Below, piece by piece: positions 36,866-39,058 of a stretch of DNA of 39,058 nt (the stretch's first letter is position 1; every line of letters starts with the position of its first letter). The notes under the pieces were generated by a model, which saw nothing but the letters and a program-made list of their open reading frames with translations, did not search any database and was not told the DNA's origin. The stretch covers positions 1 through 39,058 of the forward strand of contig JAWODC010000063.1 of NCBI GenBank assembly GCA_046483495.1. Direction: 5' to 3'. Both the position numbers and the translations under genes were made by a program. This stretch comes from Desulfobacterales bacterium (GTDB taxonomy: Bacteria; Desulfobacterota; Desulfobacteria; Desulfobacterales; UBA5616).

Positions 36866-37159
36866 TTATTCGGCCTTGGAGCCGGAAGAGTTGCTGTCTG
36901 TTTTGGCGCTTTTGGCTTCTCCGCCGCTGTCCGATGAGGCGCCCTCCTGATTTTTTTGCTGGATATTTGCTTTCTGCTTTTTACCGGCGTAATCCGTTAC
37001 ATACCAGCCGGTTCCTTTAAGGTGAAATGTGCTTTGGGAAATGATTTTGTGAAGTTTGCCCGAACAGTGGCCGCATTTTTTCAGCGGCTTTTCCGAAAAA
37101 TTTTGAAATGCCTCGATGATTCGGCCGCAAGATTCACACTCGTACTCGTAAATCGGCAT
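36866..37159 (-). CDS. FmdB-family zinc-ribbon protein
   Basis: MPIYEYECESCG...CGHC...FHLKGTGWYVTDY with low-complexity tail; GGGAGG RBS. Confidence 0.92.
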   Translation of the reverse strand: MPIYEYECESCGRIIEAFQNFSEKPLKKCGHCSGKLHKIISQSTFHLKGTGWYVTDYAGKKQKANIQQKNQEGASSDSGGEAKSAKTDSNSSGSKAE

Positions 37160-37206
37160 AACCCCCTCCCCTGATGTTTGAAAAATCAGATTGCGATATG
37201 GCTGCT

Positions 37207-37255
37207 CTCATTAGTGTCTATCCGGAAATGAAAAAATTCGCTGGACACTCATTAG
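37207..37255 (+). repeat. MITE/REP-like repeat, copy 3 (almost fully deleted, flanked by CTCATTAG direct repeats)
   Basis: TTAGTGTCTATCCGGAAATGAAAAAATTCGCT joined to GGACACT; CTCATTAG at 37207-37214 and 37248-37255. Confidence 0.55.
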
Positions 37256-37275
37256 GATCTAAAAAAATTTTTCTA

Positions 37276-37303
37276 AATATAGTCAGACTTCTGTCGTTGT
37301 CAA
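37276..37303 (-). promoter_or_regulatory. putative promoter for the FmdB-type gene (possibly also groESL)
   Basis: TTGACA-N16-TATATT. Confidence 0.5.
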
Positions 37304-37319
37304 GGGAGAAAGTCGCCTT

Positions 37320-37859
37320 TTACGGGGTAATCATATCGTCGATCGGGATGATCCACTGACGATAAAAATCCAACACCTCCTTCATTCCTCCAATATTTAT
37401 ATCCTTCAGGATTTCACGGGTTTTTCGGTGCACCCGCCTTTCTTCATCCATCTTTTCCCCGGATGAGGCGTGAAAATTTTGAAGAAACGTAACAAAGCGC
37501 ACGATGTGAATCAGTTCATGAATGATGATATACAGTGAAAATGGAAACAGTTTGATTTCGGAAAAACGGTCTATAACGGCAAGGATGGCATGGTCCTGAA
37601 GGCATATTTTGTAAAAATCGAACGTCGTGGATTCAAGGTGGGAATTTTTGGGTCGTGCTTCATAATGAAGAATTTGGGCAAAAGGGCCGTGGACGATTTC
37701 ATCCGGAGCCAGATCGGACAATGTCTTGATGTCGTATCGTTTTCTGAACCACTGACCGGAAGAAAGTTTATACGAATCACTGACCAGTTCTTCGGCCATG
37801 AGAACCGAATGATTGATGGTGTCGATCTGAAAGGAATTAAAGGTTGCCAGGTGATCCAT
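37320..37859 (-). CDS. hypothetical protein with HEXXH motif (zincin-like)
   Basis: YIIIHELIHIVRF plus downstream EE; 179 aa. Confidence 0.7.
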   Translation of the reverse strand: MDHLATFNSFQIDTINHSVLMAEELVSDSYKLSSGQWFRKRYDIKTLSDLAPDEIVHGPFAQILHYEARPKNSHLESTTFDFYKICLQDHAILAVIDRFSEIKLFPFSLYIIIHELIHIVRFVTFLQNFHASSGEKMDEERRVHRKTREILKDINIGGMKEVLDFYRQWIIPIDDMITP

Positions 37860-38159
37860 GATGAACGATTCTGTTGAATGTGAAATCGATTATAATCTTA
37901 AGCTCAACTCCCTTCATGTCTAAGGGCAGAGCCGTTTGGGCCGTTCGTGACGACCAAACCGCGTTGTCATGAACCCGGAAATATGAACCCTAACACATCG
38001 AAAGGATCATAATCAACCGGTTTGACAACGCCGGGCAAGGCTACAGAAACGTAAGTAAAAATAACTATGGACAAATATATTAAAACGATGTTATAAAAAA
38101 AAATTATCCTTCCCTCGAGAAAGGGGATGAAATCAAATAATAGAATTGGAGGTGATCTG

Positions 38160-38258
38160 TTGGGTAGTGTCGTCAAAAAGCGGAGAAAAAAGATGCGTAA
38201 ACATAAGCACAGAAAACTCTTGGCCCGCACACGGCATCAGCGGAGAAAGGGCAAGTAG
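38160..38258 (+). CDS. small basic ribosomal protein bS22-like (AURKAIP1/COX24, mS38 family), 32 aa
   Basis: Manual translation from TTG: MGSVVKKRRKKMRKHKHRKLLARTRHQRRKGK; GGAGGT RBS; below the ORF-track size cutoff. Confidence 0.9.
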   Translation: MGSVVKKRRKKMRKHKHRKLLARTRHQRRKGK

Positions 38259-38298
38259 CAGGAGCGGCATCAGCCGCATGCGGATGCATTACAAAGAT

Positions 38299-38335
38299 AA
38301 TACCGGACCCCTTATAACAGGAGCCCGGTATTTTT
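38299..38335. terminator. terminator between the bS22-like gene and hflC
   Basis: AATACCGG / CCGGTATT stem followed by a T-tract. Confidence 0.65.
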
Positions 38336-38352
38336 GTATTGTCGAAATGCCG

Positions 38353-38865
38353 TTACGGCGTACCGGAGGCATATGTTTCAGGAATGGTTTCGGGACTGAT
38401 GCCCTTTAAATATTTCAAAAATTCGGAACTGGTGGACAGAACGACCGAACTGTCCTTGTCAAAGGATTCCCCATAAATTTCAAGTGTTCTCGCAAATGAG
38501 TAAAATTCCGGATCAACGCTGAATGCCTTTGCAAAGATTTTGGTCGCCTCGGCATCCGCTTTCCCTTTGATTTCCTGGGCCGTTCGATAGGCCTCGGATG
38601 TGATGCGTTTCAGCTCCCGCTCTTTTTCACCCAGTATTTCGCGGGCCTCCCCACGGCCTTCAGACCGGAACTTTTCTGCGATTTGCTTTCTTTCGGCGAT
38701 CATTCGATTATAGACCGATGTTCTGACCTCCTCAACGTAATTGATCCGCTTGATTTTCACATCGACCAGTTCGATGCCGAATTTCACCAGTTTGGGCTTG
38801 GCCTGATTCAAAATGCCCTCGGTTATTTTCTGACGTCCGGTTTGTATGCTATAACGGGGCCGATC
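38353..38865 (-). CDS. hflC: protease modulator HflC, C-terminal part (5' part missing at a chimeric junction)
   Basis: GRQKIT...FGIELVDVKIKRINY...VYNRMIAER...RSEG...DPEFYSF.RTLE.Y; homology stops near 38855-38865. Confidence 0.9.
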   Translation of the reverse strand, partial: DRPRYSIQTGRQKITEGILNQAKPKLVKFGIELVDVKIKRINYVEEVRTSVYNRMIAERKQIAEKFRSEGRGEAREILGEKERELKRITSEAYRTAQEIKGKADAEATKIFAKAFSVDPEFYSFARTLEIYGESFDKDSSVVLSTSSEFLKYLKGISPETIPETYASGTP

Positions 38866-38999
38866 AACAGGCCGCCGGCCCGAGCGATCTTGGCGTCCGC
38901 GCCCAACTCCTCGGCGATCATCCCCGCCAACTTGGCCGTCTCGATGGCGTGGGCGTACTGGTTCTGTCCGTAGCTGGTGCGGAACTTGAGGCGCCCAAG
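38865..38999 (-). other. rny: ribonuclease Y HD-domain fragment of higher GC, probably foreign to this contig
   Basis: LGRLKFRTSYGQNQYAHAIETAKLAGMIAEELGADAKIARAGGLL; breaks exactly where HDIGK should follow. Confidence 0.85.
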
Positions 39000-39058
39000 A
39001 TCACCGAGCTTCTTGGGCGCCTCAAGTTCCGCACCAGCTACGGACAGAACCAGTACGC
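38953..39058. repeat. perfect 48-bp inverted repeat with 10-nt loop at the sequence end (fold-back)
   Basis: 38953-39000 is the exact reverse complement of 39011-39058. Confidence 0.95.

Noticed and set aside
38953..39058. Transposon end or hairpin telomere
   Set aside because: Both arms are rny coding sequence; no transposase or protelomerase; fits a fold-back artefact

Overview
Bacterial chromosomal segment; the protein families suggest an anaerobic Desulfobacterota (Desulfobacterales-like) host, which is an inference. Bases ~0.3-33 kb form a stress/redox gene region: a TolC-MFP-RND efflux operon, superoxide reductase, an ndh-molybdopterin enzyme-egtD-like operon, USP, ferredoxin, two-component genes, 2-oxoacid:ferredoxin oxidoreductase, a DksA-BON fusion, CBS proteins, a degenerate glycogen synthase, SemiSWEET, a GT4 plus six-hairpin glycosidase-like pair, a site-2 protease and many small unknown proteins. 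Bases ~33-38.8 kb are core-like (LysM protein, groEL/groES, FmdB-type protein, an uncalled bS22-like small ribosomal protein, hflC). Main discoveries: (1) an 18-bp pseudo-palindrome (ATRGGG-N8-GTAT) recurs in nine strong intergenic copies, usually abutting a sigma70 -35 box, suggesting a NarL/DosR-like regulon run by the local NarL-type regulator; (2) a stand-alone enzyme resembling metallopterin-dependent ergothioneine synthase, with a C-terminal Cys tail and no desulfurase domain, coupled to an EgtD homologue with an altered substrate pocket; (3) three variably deleted copies of a hairpin MITE-like repeat. The last ~200 bp look like an assembly chimera (high-GC RNase Y fragment plus a 48-bp fold-back). 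No rRNA, tRNA, CRISPR array or transposase was seen.
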